64,000 bases of DNA from the human T2T-CHM13v2.0 reference genome, Homo sapiens. Location: NCBI RefSeq assembly GCF_009914755.1, contig NC_060938.1; one strand, 5' to 3'. The notes under the pieces were generated by a model. The model had not been told where the DNA came from and did no database searches. It saw only the letters and a program-made list of their open reading frames with translations. Made by a program: the position numbers and the translations under genes. Shown one piece after another: positions 27,715 through 44,120 of this stretch (positions are counted from its first letter, which is position 1; every line of letters begins with the position of its first letter).

Positions 27715-28820
27715 ACCTCCATAAAACAAGGTGGACGGGCAAGGCTAGTGGCTTTCAAGGGTATTTGTTAAGCAGCTAAACCCTCAGTCAAATTCCACAA
27801 CATCCCCTAAGTATATGCAAAGGGTCCCCCTAAAAGGTGCACGCCATCTCTGCCCCAGGGGGAGGAAATGAGAGTCACTTCTGTCTTCACTGGGAGCTCC
27901 CTGTCCTGAGGGCACAGGTGTGCCTGACCCCTCCTACTCCACCTAGGGCACCCCTAGGGTGGGCAAAGAGGGGTCATCAGGATTCCAGAGTTTCAAGGGT
28001 AGAAAAGTGGGGGAAAGCCACTTGAGAGAGGGGTCCTGAGAGAGGGAAGTGGCTCACAAAGAGCACAGCCCAGTGAGATTCAAGCACCAGGGCCCCGGGT
28101 CACTGGGATGATGCCAGCCACGGGATTGAAGTGCTGACACCCAAATCCTGTGGCCCAGGGGCCAGAGGAGGTTCACTCTCAGTCAAGTTTGACCAGGGGA
28201 AGTGGCACAGGCCTCCTCCCTTGATGCTCCTGGGCCCATCCCGGGCATGAGCACCAGTGACCCCAGCTCCTCCATCAGACAGACAGGACGGTAGGGAGGG
28301 CTGGGACCACCCCAGGAGGGAGCACACTGCTCAGAGACAGATCCTGTCCAGCTCGGCAGGGGAAGAGATGACAAGGACCCAGCACCTCTTTCAGAGTGCA
28401 TGGGCTCCAGGCCTGGTCAGTTCTGGGGAGAAAGGATCCGGCCCAAGAAGGGGGCCCTGGACATCTGTTGATTGAGGTGCTTGTGATGTTTCATCAGGAC
28501 AGCGACGGGACTCGAATGTTTGCATTAGAGTTTTCAGAGAGGTTCTTACGGGTTTGATACAAAACAGGACATGGTAAACCACTCTTGTTGAAGAAAGATG
28601 GAAGGCTATTCCTGCACCCACCCCTGCCCACGTGCCTCCAGCAAGGTGGGCCCCCATATCCAAAGTGCCCAGTGGGAACCCCGAGGCTAGAGGGCTTCTG
28701 AGAGTCCCCCCATGTCCTCCACTCCCACACTTCAAGCTCCATTTTCAGGGGAACCAGCAAGCACCCTGGACTAGAAACAAAACCACAGCTCCTGTCCCCA
28801 CTCTGCCACCGTATGACTAG

Positions 28821-29374
<554 letters not shown>

Positions 29375-31734
29375 CCTCAAATTCTGAGCCGCTATTTTCT
29401 AATCTATAAAATGGGACTATGAATCTCTCCCTCTCAGGGGCTTCACGGAATGAAATAACAATCATAATAATGGGACATAAAGGAACTAAAGCTAAAAACT
29501 GGTGGAAAAATGCTAAGGACCCCATTCAGCAAACTTTTGTTCATTTCTTTCATCCTACCAAGTCCCTGGACACTGGATAGACTCAAGGTACAGCAGCAGG
29601 GAATTCAAGCCCCTCCCTCGTGGAGCTTGCGGTGTGGCCGGTGACACAGATTCTGAAGACACAATCACCCCAATAACTGTCAGGACTGTGGTAAGTGCAA
29701 TGAAACAAAAATAAATGACAATGGTGTGGGTTTATGTTCATCGAAGAACAGCTGCTTCTGAGCAGGGCGGGTGGTCCCAGGAAGGCCTCTTGGACAGGGC
29801 CCCTTCTCGCCCCATGATATTAGGCCCATCCCAGAACACACAGCAGTAGAGCCACTGGGACCTACCTCTGGGGGCCTCTGCTGCTGCCTCAACCTTTAGT
29901 GACCTTGATAGAGAATGCGGCTCCTCCGGTTATGAGGACAACCTAGTATTCAGCAGGAATTGCGCCGGATGAAGCCTTTCCCATAGAGAGCTGACGTCAG
30001 TCCAGCTGTTTTTGGAAGCAAGTGATTGTCTTTTTCCATAAAGAGCATCAGGGAGAGGAGGAGGCGAGATAAAGCAGGGAAAAGCTGGGATCCCGGTGCC
30101 AGTCTCAGCTCTGCCGACGCTCTGTAGGACCCAAGTGCAGTATTTCCCCTCTCTTGACCTTGGCTTCCCAATCTTCAAGAAATCAGAGGTGAGACCGCGT
30201 GACCTTTTGGCCTATAACAACTGTGGCTTTCTCCAACTCCGGAAAAAATCTACATAAGAACTACAACAACGAGGATGATGGGGATGCGGATGATGATGAT
30301 AAACAGAAGTAGCAACTACCATTTCAGGAATGTTTACTCATTGCCAGACACCAAGCTGACAGCTTTGCACGTAGGTTTTAGTCTTCACCAATGCGGGAAA
30401 GATGACTGCCTTCCCTCTATAGGTGATGAATTTGATCCGGTCCCCTGGTGGCAGAGCTAGCAGGACAACTGTAAACCACTCTTCTATCCAAACTCACAAG
30501 TCTGGGGTTGTCCGTCTGATTCTACCTGTAACATGGTATCAGAAGTCCCTGTCTTCCCGCCTCGTGCGTGTTTGGAGGCCCCTGAGAGTGCACTAAAGGC
30601 TCCTAAGAGAATGTCGTGCCTGGAATCCCAAAAATAGGACCTGCAGCTATCATCTGATTCTATCCCCACAGTCAAAAGTGGGACCAAACCCCTCAAGGAG
30701 GGAAAGAATCTTCTTAGGTTCTGCGGCCAGTGAGTAGTGGTGGATCGGACTGAAACCCACTCAGCGAAGAGCAGGGGAAGGTTTCTGTCCCTCGTGGCAG
30801 TCCCCTCCCTGATCTGGGCAGGCCCATGGTGTGGAAGAAGCTTCTGGGGAAGATAGACTGTTGGAGGGGAAAGTCCCACTCTGCCACTGCCATCCAGGGA
30901 AGCAGCTGGGCCACGGCACCTCGGTTCTCTGGGTCTGATTCTCCACCTGAAAATGACGGCAACAACTGCTCCTTCCCACTTAGGAGACAGTGGAGGCACA
31001 GCTGGCGCAGCAGAGAGCTCCCAGGCACAGCCCTGGGTGCACAGCATTGCTCAGGGAGCACGTCAGCTATCTGAGGACTCAGGACCCCAGGTCCTCATAC
31101 TTGCTGTGCCCAAGTGCTCATGAGGCTGAGAAGTCCTGGCCAGGAGAAGGCCACACCCTACTGCCAAAGAGGCCTCGGGAAGGGCATGGAACCATGGACC
31201 ACACCCCTCCCTCTATAGGGCCAGTCCTTAGGGCTGAGTCCCTGGCCACGTGGCCAGAAGAACCTGGCAGCTGCCCATCCCAGTAGCAGCAAAAGAAGAG
31301 GATTGCACGTAAATTAAAAACAAGCATGTGTGTTTCTCTTTGGCCCATCTGTGGCAGTTTCTCGAAGCACCAGCTCTTGGAGTGGAGTCGGGGGTGGGGG
31401 GGGTGGGGGACAAGGCGGAAGTAAAATGGCTCTTGGAGAAGCTGGAAAAATTAGCAATTAGGAGGGAAAATTGTAATGAGAAAATGAGCCCTAATAAGGC
31501 AAACACAATACTGCTGCGGCTTGTTTCTTGTTCTCTCGCTGCAAACAAGCGGTGACTTCATGTCTGGGTTTCTTTGCTTTCCTGCACCAGAGCCAACTGG
31601 GAAAAAGCTGGAGAAAAATGTCTCCATTGTCCCTAGACGGCGCTCCTGGCGTCCAGGAAAAAGAAGGCCCACTTACTGCCATTTGTGAAACACTTCCTCT
31701 GCTCTTGGCCCCCAAGAGCACGGTGCCCACATAC

Positions 31735-32450
<716 letters not shown>

Positions 32451-32637
32451 GCTAATCTTCCCCAGAGGAGGAAGATAGTAGCTCTTAATACTACCTTCCT
32501 CACTTTACAGAGAAGAAGGCTGAGTCTCAGACAAGTTCATCCACTCACTCGTGTATTCATTCAGCCTTGGCCACTTACACATTATTCAACAACTAAAAAT
32601 GAGTTGAATTCCTGATTCTCCATCATTCAGCCACCAT

Positions 32638-32915
32638 TTCTGTTTTAAGTTCTAGGATACTTGTGCAGAACATGCAGGTTTGTTACATAGGTAAACATGT
32701 CCCATGGAGGTTTGCTGCACCCATCAACCCATCACCTAGGAATTAAGCGCCGCATGCATTAGCTATTTATCCTGATGCTCTCCTCCTCCCCACCCCCTAC
32801 AGGCCCCACTGCATGTTGTTCCCCTCCCCGTATCCATGCGTTCTCATTGTTCAGCTCCCACTAATAAGTGAGAACATGCAGTGTTTGGTGTTCTGTTGCT
32901 ATGTTGGTTTACTGA
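32638..32915 (-). mobile_element. L1PA (about PA8-PA10) 3' end inserted in an L2
   Basis: GTGCAGAACATGCAGGTTTGTTACATAGGTAAAC and CTCCCACTAATAAGTGAGAACATGC; CACC(A/G)TTTCT duplication. Confidence 0.9.
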
Positions 32916-33049
32916 TCATACACCGTTTCTTGAGGGCTAACACTCTGCTGGGCACTGGGGATACCGCAGGGAATAAAACACACACAGTCCCCACCTTCAT
33001 GGAGTTCACATTCCAGGCGAAGACACAGACAAATAAGAAAGCAAGTAGA

Positions 33050-33458
<409 letters not shown>

Positions 33459-33489
33459 TCAACACCCAACTCAAAGGCCAGGCAGGCAG

Positions 33490-33740
33490 CCCAGAGTTGG
33501 GATGAGGGCTTTGGAATCAGCAGCTAAATTGCAGGTTCCATTTCCACTATTTTCTAGAGATATGGTCTTAGGTAAATTACCTAATCACTCTGGGCCTCAG
33601 TTCCCTTACCTTCATAAAGAAGACAAGGAAGCATGCCACTGAGGGCGTTCCATTCTTTAGAAATTGTTCATATAAAGCGCCCAGCATAAGCCAGGCACGC
33701 AGGACACACTCAGCAAACGGGTGGCCAGCCCTCTAATTAT
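33490..33740 (+). mobile_element. MIR. Further MIR relics lie at about 1040, 3650, 5020, 7350, 8340, 12660, 15050, 23650, 24240, 25010, 34900, 38040, 46270, 53470, 56640, 57200 and 59760
   Basis: Core TTACCTAATCACTCTGGGCCTCAGTTCCC and tail AAAGCGCCCAGCATAAGCCAGGCAC. Confidence 0.8.
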
Positions 33741-33825
33741 TCCACCCACAGAAATGTGGTTAGGTGAAAGGACACAGGTTCTAGAGTTCATTCCAGTGAA
33801 ATGAAAAGCGTGAGCACAAGACTAG

Positions 33826-34267
<442 letters not shown>

Positions 34268-34599
34268 TCAGCTGCCTCTTTTATAAATATTGATGCTGAT
34301 CAATATCACTAGGCCTTGCAATATATAAATTCAACAGTCTGTAGATGCGAGAAATTCACCAGGGGTGGTACTGAGAGACTGTACCCGGCCAGCTATCACC
34401 CAGCTGCCTCTAGTCACCTCCAGAGGCCTGATCTTGGCCCTGGTCAGGGACCTTCCGAGTTCTCACCTTGGGCCAGTGGCACGATCTGTGAATTCAGTCC
34501 CAGAACTCTAGCCAGGCACCAGAAGCTGCTGTGGAAGGCAGGGAGCTGCACCTACATGGTGGGGACCCGAGACAGCCACTGTTCCAGAGGAGACGCCCT

Positions 34600-34765
34600 G
34601 GAAGCTCTAGCGCAGACTTCCCTGGGTATTTATAGCCCTGCCCCACCATGAGAGGCTCTGATTGGCTCAGATTGTTTGGCTCCAGTAACGAGCATTCCTA
34701 TTGGACAGAGCCAAGCCCACCTATGGTGCTCTTTGGCTCCACCCTAAGCCCTGGGCCAATCAGCA
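34600..34765 (-). promoter_or_regulatory. Candidate Pol II core promoter: CCAAT boxes, GC box and TATA box
   Basis: Minus strand reads CCAAT (34704-34700), AGCCAATCAG (core 34665-34661), GGTGGGGCAGGG (34647-34636) and TATAAATA (34634-34627); GGCCAATCAGC on the plus strand (core 34756-34760). Confidence 0.55.
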
Positions 34766-35827
34766 AGTGGGCCACAGGGGTGTGGCTGTGGGCGAGGAGC
34801 TTGGTGCCACTTTGTCCTCGGCCAGGGCACGTGGTGCCTGCTCCGAGGCCTGGCTCCACCCAGCGTTATTAGCAAGAGCCCATAGCAGGAGAACTCAGTC
34901 CCTTGGCTGCTTCCCCTGCTAACTTCTCAGTGATCTTGGGCGAGTCACTTCCTCTCTCATCGGCAAAACTGGGTTAGTGGACGGGACAGTTGCTGCTAGC
35001 CCCACTTCGGGTCGCCTTACACATGTGCTCAGGCACTTGTTCTTGGCACATGAGGGAAAGGGCAACTCAGCCACCGCATACATGGGACTGAAAGGACACG
35101 AGTGCTGGCGAGAGCAGAGTGGAGAAGAAGGGGACGGCCGGGGAGGCAACCCGAAGCCCCCAGGCCCATGTCCACAAAGCGGGGAAACAAACAGCAGCAC
35201 CGCTGACCTGTCCCTTGGCCTCTCCATGCCTGTTTGCCTCTAGCTTTTCAGGCATCGGACCAGCTAGTAGGCACCCGCACCATACCTGCTGTGGACAGAC
35301 GGCTTCTCTCTGCCAAGCAGTTACACGCGCTGTGCATTAAGGCCCAGAGAAGCGGAGTTTCACGGCCCTCCCACGGCCAAACCCTTCCCTTCCAGCCAGG
35401 GAGAGGCCAGAACTGAAGAAACAGCTGGGCCGCCTGTGCCGCCTGAGTTAATGGGAGTTGTAATTTCTCCAGTGCCTCCATCTAGAAATGGGAGCGATGT
35501 GCATAATTTATGGGGGTCTGGGTCTGCGCAGCCAGGCTAGACGCCTGCTCGCTCACACTTGGACGGATGTGAGAGAGCGGAAAGGCATCCCAAGGGCGGT
35601 TTGCCCGAAGCTGCTGCCCTGGCCTGACTCCTCTGCCCTGTTCTTTGGGAAGTTGAGCATCCACGGGTGAAGGATGGGCCTAGAGCTAACACCTCCCTGG
35701 GCTCCAGTTACCTGGGACATCAGGGTGAATGGAGATCACCTGATTTGATTGCTGGTGGGAGGTTTTACAGCCTTGAGTCAGCAGCCATGCTCAGGAGGGG
35801 CATTTGAGCAGCCATGGGATCCTCTGT

Positions 35828-35847
35828 CTTTCTCTCTCTCTCTCTGT

Positions 35848-35884
<37 letters not shown>

Positions 35885-35892
35885 TCCCCCCT

Positions 35893-35927
<35 letters not shown>
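35828..35927. repeat. Compound microsatellite (CT)n(TG)n...(CT)n(CA)n
   Basis: Directly visible. Confidence 0.97.
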
Positions 35928-35928
<1 letters not shown>

Positions 35929-36346
35929 CCTTCCCCAGGTGAACACCTGCTCCATGAGGGCAAGGATCCTTTTCTGTTTTGTTGACTGCGATTTCCTCAC
36001 TACCTAGAATAGGGCCTGGTCCATGGTATGTGCCCAAAAAATATGTATGGAATGACAGAGGGCTCAAGATCTCAGCGGGAATGAGGGAGAGCATGTGGGA
36101 AAGTTGAAAGAGCTGTGAGGTTGAATCCCAATTCTTCCACGGACCTGCTGGGACCTTGAACAATGGAAACCCCTTTTGAAACTCTGAACCTTTCCTTCCT
36201 CTCTATAACATAGGGGTAACTGGGTTACTCTAGGAACCCTAGGGAGGGACTTTCAGGTTGGAAATAAGGGCCAGCCAAGCAGCTGGCAGGGTGCGCAGGG
36301 GGCCCTGGGGAGTCAACACCGAGGCTCAGGAATTCATTCCAGAGAC

Positions 36347-36558
36347 CAGCGGGTCACAACTGGAGGAGATTCTGCCCCATGCCCCCAGGATCTTTAGCAG
36401 TGTCTGGAGACATTTTTGGTTGTCACACAGGAGGAATGCTACTGGCGGCCACTGGGCACAGGACGGGGAAGCAGATAAATATCTGCAGAGCACAGGACAG
36501 CCACCACCAAGGATTACCCAGCCCCAAGTGTGCATAAGGCTGAGGCTGAGAAGCCCTG
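36347..36558 (+). mobile_element. MER20 (hAT-Charlie)
   Basis: GTCTGGAGACATTTTTGGTTGTCACA, TGCTACTGGC and GAGGCTGAGAAGCCCTG. Confidence 0.88.
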
Positions 36559-38524
36559 GTCTAGACCAAAGAGGGCATTCCAAGGCGCAGATTCCCAGTC
36601 TGTAAAATGGGAGGAAGACCAAGGATCCCACATGGGTGGGCTTCCATCCCAAACACAGCCTTCCAAGTCCCCAAACCCCCAGAGCCCAGAGAGCAGCTGG
36701 AGAAGACGGCACAGCGGCTGCCTCCCCAGGAAGGTGCGCTCACCTGAGGTCCCGAGGCGGCAGGTAGGTAAAAGGCAGAGTGCCTCTGTCCCATGCAATC
36801 AGCTCAGGAAGGCAGCAGCAGTGGCAACCCTAATTGCTCTCTGACCAGCTGAGTCACAGTTGAAAGAACTTCCCGCTATTTCTTCTTTAATTGTAGTATT
36901 AACGGCAAAGCAGAGGCACCTGCCTTCAATGCTGCCGGGTGCCCGCTCCATGACCGTGTGTTCCTAGAGAAGCTCTGCCCCAGGAGGGACAAATGAGCGC
37001 CACCCAAATGTGAGGCCTTCAGGTTTCCAGACTGAACCGCCCACGGTTCTAGAACCGCTGACTCTGAGGTTCCAGAGCTACCCATGAGGATTCTGGAGCC
37101 AATGACTCTGGGATTCCACAAGTCTACTCCCTGGCATGCTGACACTCTACAACTCAAGGGTTCAAGAGGACAAAAGTTCAAGGACAACCAGTTCCCTGAT
37201 TCTGAAAGCATGGGCTCTGGAAGTCCACATCTTGCTAGGGACCCGGTTCACACTGACCTCATGGGAGCTGAGCCTTCACAGGGGACCAGCGTTTGCAAGC
37301 GGATGGGTCTTGTGTGTTTGCAGTCACATGACTGACAATAGTGCCAGGACCAACATGTCCCAAATTCCAGTTTTTCTTCCGGAGGTCCGCTCCCCACAGG
37401 AATTCAGGGAAGAGCATTCACCATCCCAAATGGTCCTCCCGGGCCTGGTGCGCTGGGTCCGCTCCACCTAGGAGTGGGTTCTTCCGTGCTTGGGGCTCAG
37501 ACTCCCACCAGTGGGGACACAGCTGAGCGGTTTTGTCCAGGAGTCTGACTGGAAAGAGCCCTTGTGCTCAATAATGCATTCCCCCCAAATGAGGACATCC
37601 ATCAGGTGGCGGAGGCAGCCCTCGCCCCCTCCTGGGTCAGGCCAGGACGACACATCTGTCCTAACACGAGGCACAGGCTGCCTCCCAGAGCCCTGCAGCT
37701 TCCCCAGCCCGCAGGGGCCTTTTGTGAGGAAGCAGCTCAGCCAGCCCTGACAGGCTCAGTTCCTCTGCCCGCAGCCTGAATATTCCATGGGCTTGAATAA
37801 TGCAGGCCCCCACATCACATCACAGCAAACCAATTGGGGCTGCTGGAAAACTGCAGAGAGAAAAAGTAGTGGGCTGCTGATTTTTTCCCCATCTCAAGAC
37901 TGCTTTGAATGAGAGAAGGTTCCTGCTAAGCCAGGAAGTGGGGCTGATACCTGGGGCAAAGGAAGTAGGGCCCAGTACCTCTCCCAACCTCTGCAAGTTG
38001 AAGGAAAAGGGGGTTGGAGCTAAGTTAATTCAGGTTTATACCTGCCCCCACAATTTGCTAGCTGTGGGCCCCTGCATAAGTCACTTAACCTTGCTGAGCG
38101 TCAGTTTCCAAATCTGTAAATTGAAGATATTGCCTGGGAGCACTAAATAAGGCTGGATAAGGAAGGGGAACTTGGAAACTGGAAATTTCAACATGCTTTA
38201 ATCCTCTTCTTCCTGCTCCTCCACCTCGTTCTCCATCGTTGCCATTATGGCCACCACCACCATCATCATCCTCACCCTCCGTCTTCACTTCCTAGGCCAG
38301 AAGAGCCAAGAGCCATATTCCTGCCTTGCTTGCGGCATACCCAGTGTTCTAAGAAATTTTCCAGACTGCTTCAGAGAGTATATTTGGCCAAGAAATTTGG
38401 AGTCTGGGAAGCAAGACTTTTCCAGAAGGCAGTTGAAATATCTAACTGTAAAAGATAAAATAAAAAATGAAGAGAGCCCCTAAACCCTGTGTCCCAGCTC
38501 TATTTTAAAAATCCTTTGTTTTGA

Positions 38525-38809
38525 GGTTTGTTTTGTTTTTTTTGTTTTTGTTTTTGTTTTTGTTTTTTTGAGACAAGGTTTCACTCTGTCACCCAGGCTG
38601 GAGTGCAATCACACTCACTGCAGCCTTAACCTCCTGAGCAGCTGGGACTATAGGGACATGCCACCGTGCCTGGCTAATTTTTGTACTTTTTGTAGAAATG
38701 GGGTCTTGCCATGTTGCCCAGGCAGGTCTCCAACTCCTGGGCTCAAGTGATCCTCCTGCCTCACCTCCCAAAGTGCTGAAATTACAGGCGTGAACCGCCA
38801 CACTTTGCC
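38525..38809 (-). mobile_element. AluJ with internal deletions
   Basis: TSD AATCCTTTGTTTT. Confidence 0.92.
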
Positions 38810-38992
38810 AATCCTTTGTTTTTTAAATGCAAAAGTAAGTGTATGTTCATTATAACAATTCAAACAATAAAAACAAATTTACAAACCTAACAGCCTCTCC
38901 CAACCGAGTCCTGTCCCATAAGATAACCAATGTTAATGTGAAAGGGAGTCTTTGGTCTTTGTTCTGTATAGAAATACATAAATATATAAGTT

Positions 38993-39342
<350 letters not shown>

Positions 39343-39507
39343 TTAAGTTCTGCTTCCATTGTTACTCTGTGTATTAGTTTACTAGGGCTGCAAAGTACCA
39401 CACACTGAGTGGCACTGGAAGTCCAAGATCAAGGGGTCAGCAGGGCCATGGTCCCTCTGAGGGCGCTGGGGAGGAACTGTCCCAGGCCTTCCTCCAAGCT
39501 TCTGGTA

Positions 39508-40368
<861 letters not shown>

Positions 40369-41169
40369 TAGGGTTTAGGACTTCAACATAGGAATTTGGG
40401 GCAAATCAGGGGAAGGGGAGATGCAGTTCAGTCCTAACACACTGTAACTTTCTTTTTTCAGGAAGCATTTATCATTCAAATCGCTCCAGGTCAACATATT
40501 GTTCTAACTCTTCTTTTAAAAAAGAACAAACCAGCTTTACTGAGATACAATTCACATAGCATACACTGACCAATTTAAAGCATACAAATCAATGATTTTT
40601 TAATATATTCACAATCTGTGCAATCATCATCACAGTCGATTTTAGAACACTTTTATCATCTCTAAAACAAGCCCCATACCATTTACCATACCAGAGGGTG
40701 TGGTTCACCCTCTGACCATTAACCTCTCTACTACCCCATTCTCCACAGCCCTAAACAAAGTTTTTTTCTGTGGTCTGGATAGATTGGCCTATTCTGGGTA
40801 TTTTACATCAATGGAATCATATGCTGTGTGGTCTTTTCTGACTGGCTTCTTTCACTTGGCATCATGTTTTCAAGATTCATCCATATTGTAGCATGTACCA
40901 GTACTTCATTTCTTTTTATGGCATAATATAATACAGTGATCCCTATTGTATGAATATACCACATTAGGCTTATCCATTCACCGGTTGATGGACATTCGAG
41001 TTGTTCCCACCCTTCAGCTATTATGAATAGTGCTGCTATAAACATCTGTGCATAAGGTTTTTTTGTATCCATATGTTTTTGTTTCTCCTGGATAGATACC
41101 TAGGAGTGAAGTTGCTGGGACATACAGTAGGTAACTGTATGTTTAATCATTTGAGAAACTACCTGGCTG

Positions 41170-41521
<352 letters not shown>

Positions 41522-41862
41522 CTACCAGGCTGTTTTTATAAGTGGCTGTGCCAGTTTACATTCCCACCAGCAATGTGTAAGCGTTCCAACTTCTCTATAT
41601 CCTCCTCATCACTTGTTACTATCTGACTTTTTAATCTAGTCATCCTAGTAGGTGTGAAGTGGTACCTCCTTGCGGTTTTGAGTTGCCTTTCCCTCATGAC
41701 TAATGATGTGGACCATCTTTTCATGTGCTTATCGGCAATTTGTATATCTTCTTTGGAGAAGTGTCTCTTCAAGTCCTCTGCCCATTTTAAATTATTTGTC
41801 GGATGGAACTATATGAGTTATTTCTATATATTCTAGATACAAGTCCCTTATCAGATATATGA

Positions 41863-42261
<399 letters not shown>

Positions 42262-42745
42262 TAATATTTATCTATTCCTGCTCTTTTTGCTCATGCTTTT
42301 TATGCCATATCCAAGAGCACATTGTCAAAACTGACGTCACGAAGATTCACCCATTTTCTTATAAGAGTTTTAGAGTTTCAGTGTAGTTTAATTTTAGCCT
42401 TTGATTCATTTTGAGTTACTTTTTGTATATGGTATGAGGTAAGGGTACAGCTTCATTCTTTTGCATGTGACTATCCAGTTGTCCCAGCACCATTTGTTGA
42501 AAAGACTGTTCTTTCCCCATTGACTGGTGTTGGCACCTTTGTTGAACATCAGTTCACCACAGAAACATGGGTTTATTTTTTGACTCAATTCTATTCCATT
42601 GATTTATAGGTCGATTGTTTTGCCAGTACCACACAGTCTTCATTACCGCTGATTTGTAGTAAGTTTTGAAATCCCGAAAGTGTGAGTCCTCCAATTTTAT
42701 TTGTTTTCTTCAAGATTGTTTTGGCAATTCTAGATCCCTTGCAAT

Positions 42746-43398
42746 TCCAGGACCTCCCACAGATACCAAAATCCACAGATGCTCCAGTCCCTGATATAAC
42801 ATGGCATAGTATTTTCATATAACCTATGCATATCCTCCTGTATACTTTAAATCATCTCTAGAATAATTATAAAGGCTGGCACAGTGGCTCACGCTTGTAA
42901 TCCCAGAACATTTGGCGGCTGAGGCAAGCAAACTGCTTGAGCCTAGGAGTTCAAGACCAGCCTGAGCAACATGGTGAAACCCCATCTCTACAAAAAATAC
43001 AAAAATTAGCCTGTAGTCCCAGGTATTCGGAAGGCTGAGGTGGGAGGGTCAACTGAGCCTGAAAAGTCAAGGCTGCCATGAGCCATGATCGCACCACCTA
43101 ACTGCTGCCTAGGCGACAGAGCGAGACCTGGTCTCTAATAATAATAATAATAACTATTATTATTATATAATTATAACATATAATCGTATTATATTTTATT
43201 ATAACTAATATTATTATTATACCTAAGACAATGTAAATGCTATATAAATAGTTGCTATACTGTACTGTTTAGGGAATAATGACAAGAAAAAAATCTGTAC
43301 ATTGTTAGTGCAGACGCAATTCTTTTTTCAAATATTTTTTATCTGCAGTTGGTTGAATCCATGGATGTGGAACCCATGAATACGGAGGGCTGACTGTA
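42746..43398 (+). mobile_element. MER2 (TcMar-Tigger), split by an AluJ at 42874-43150
   Basis: GATACCAAAATCCACAGATGCTC, TTTAAATCATCTCTAGA and terminus GGAGGGCTGACTGTA. Confidence 0.9.
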
Positions 43399-43399
43399 T

Positions 43400-44119
<720 letters not shown>

Positions 44120-44120
<1 letters not shown>

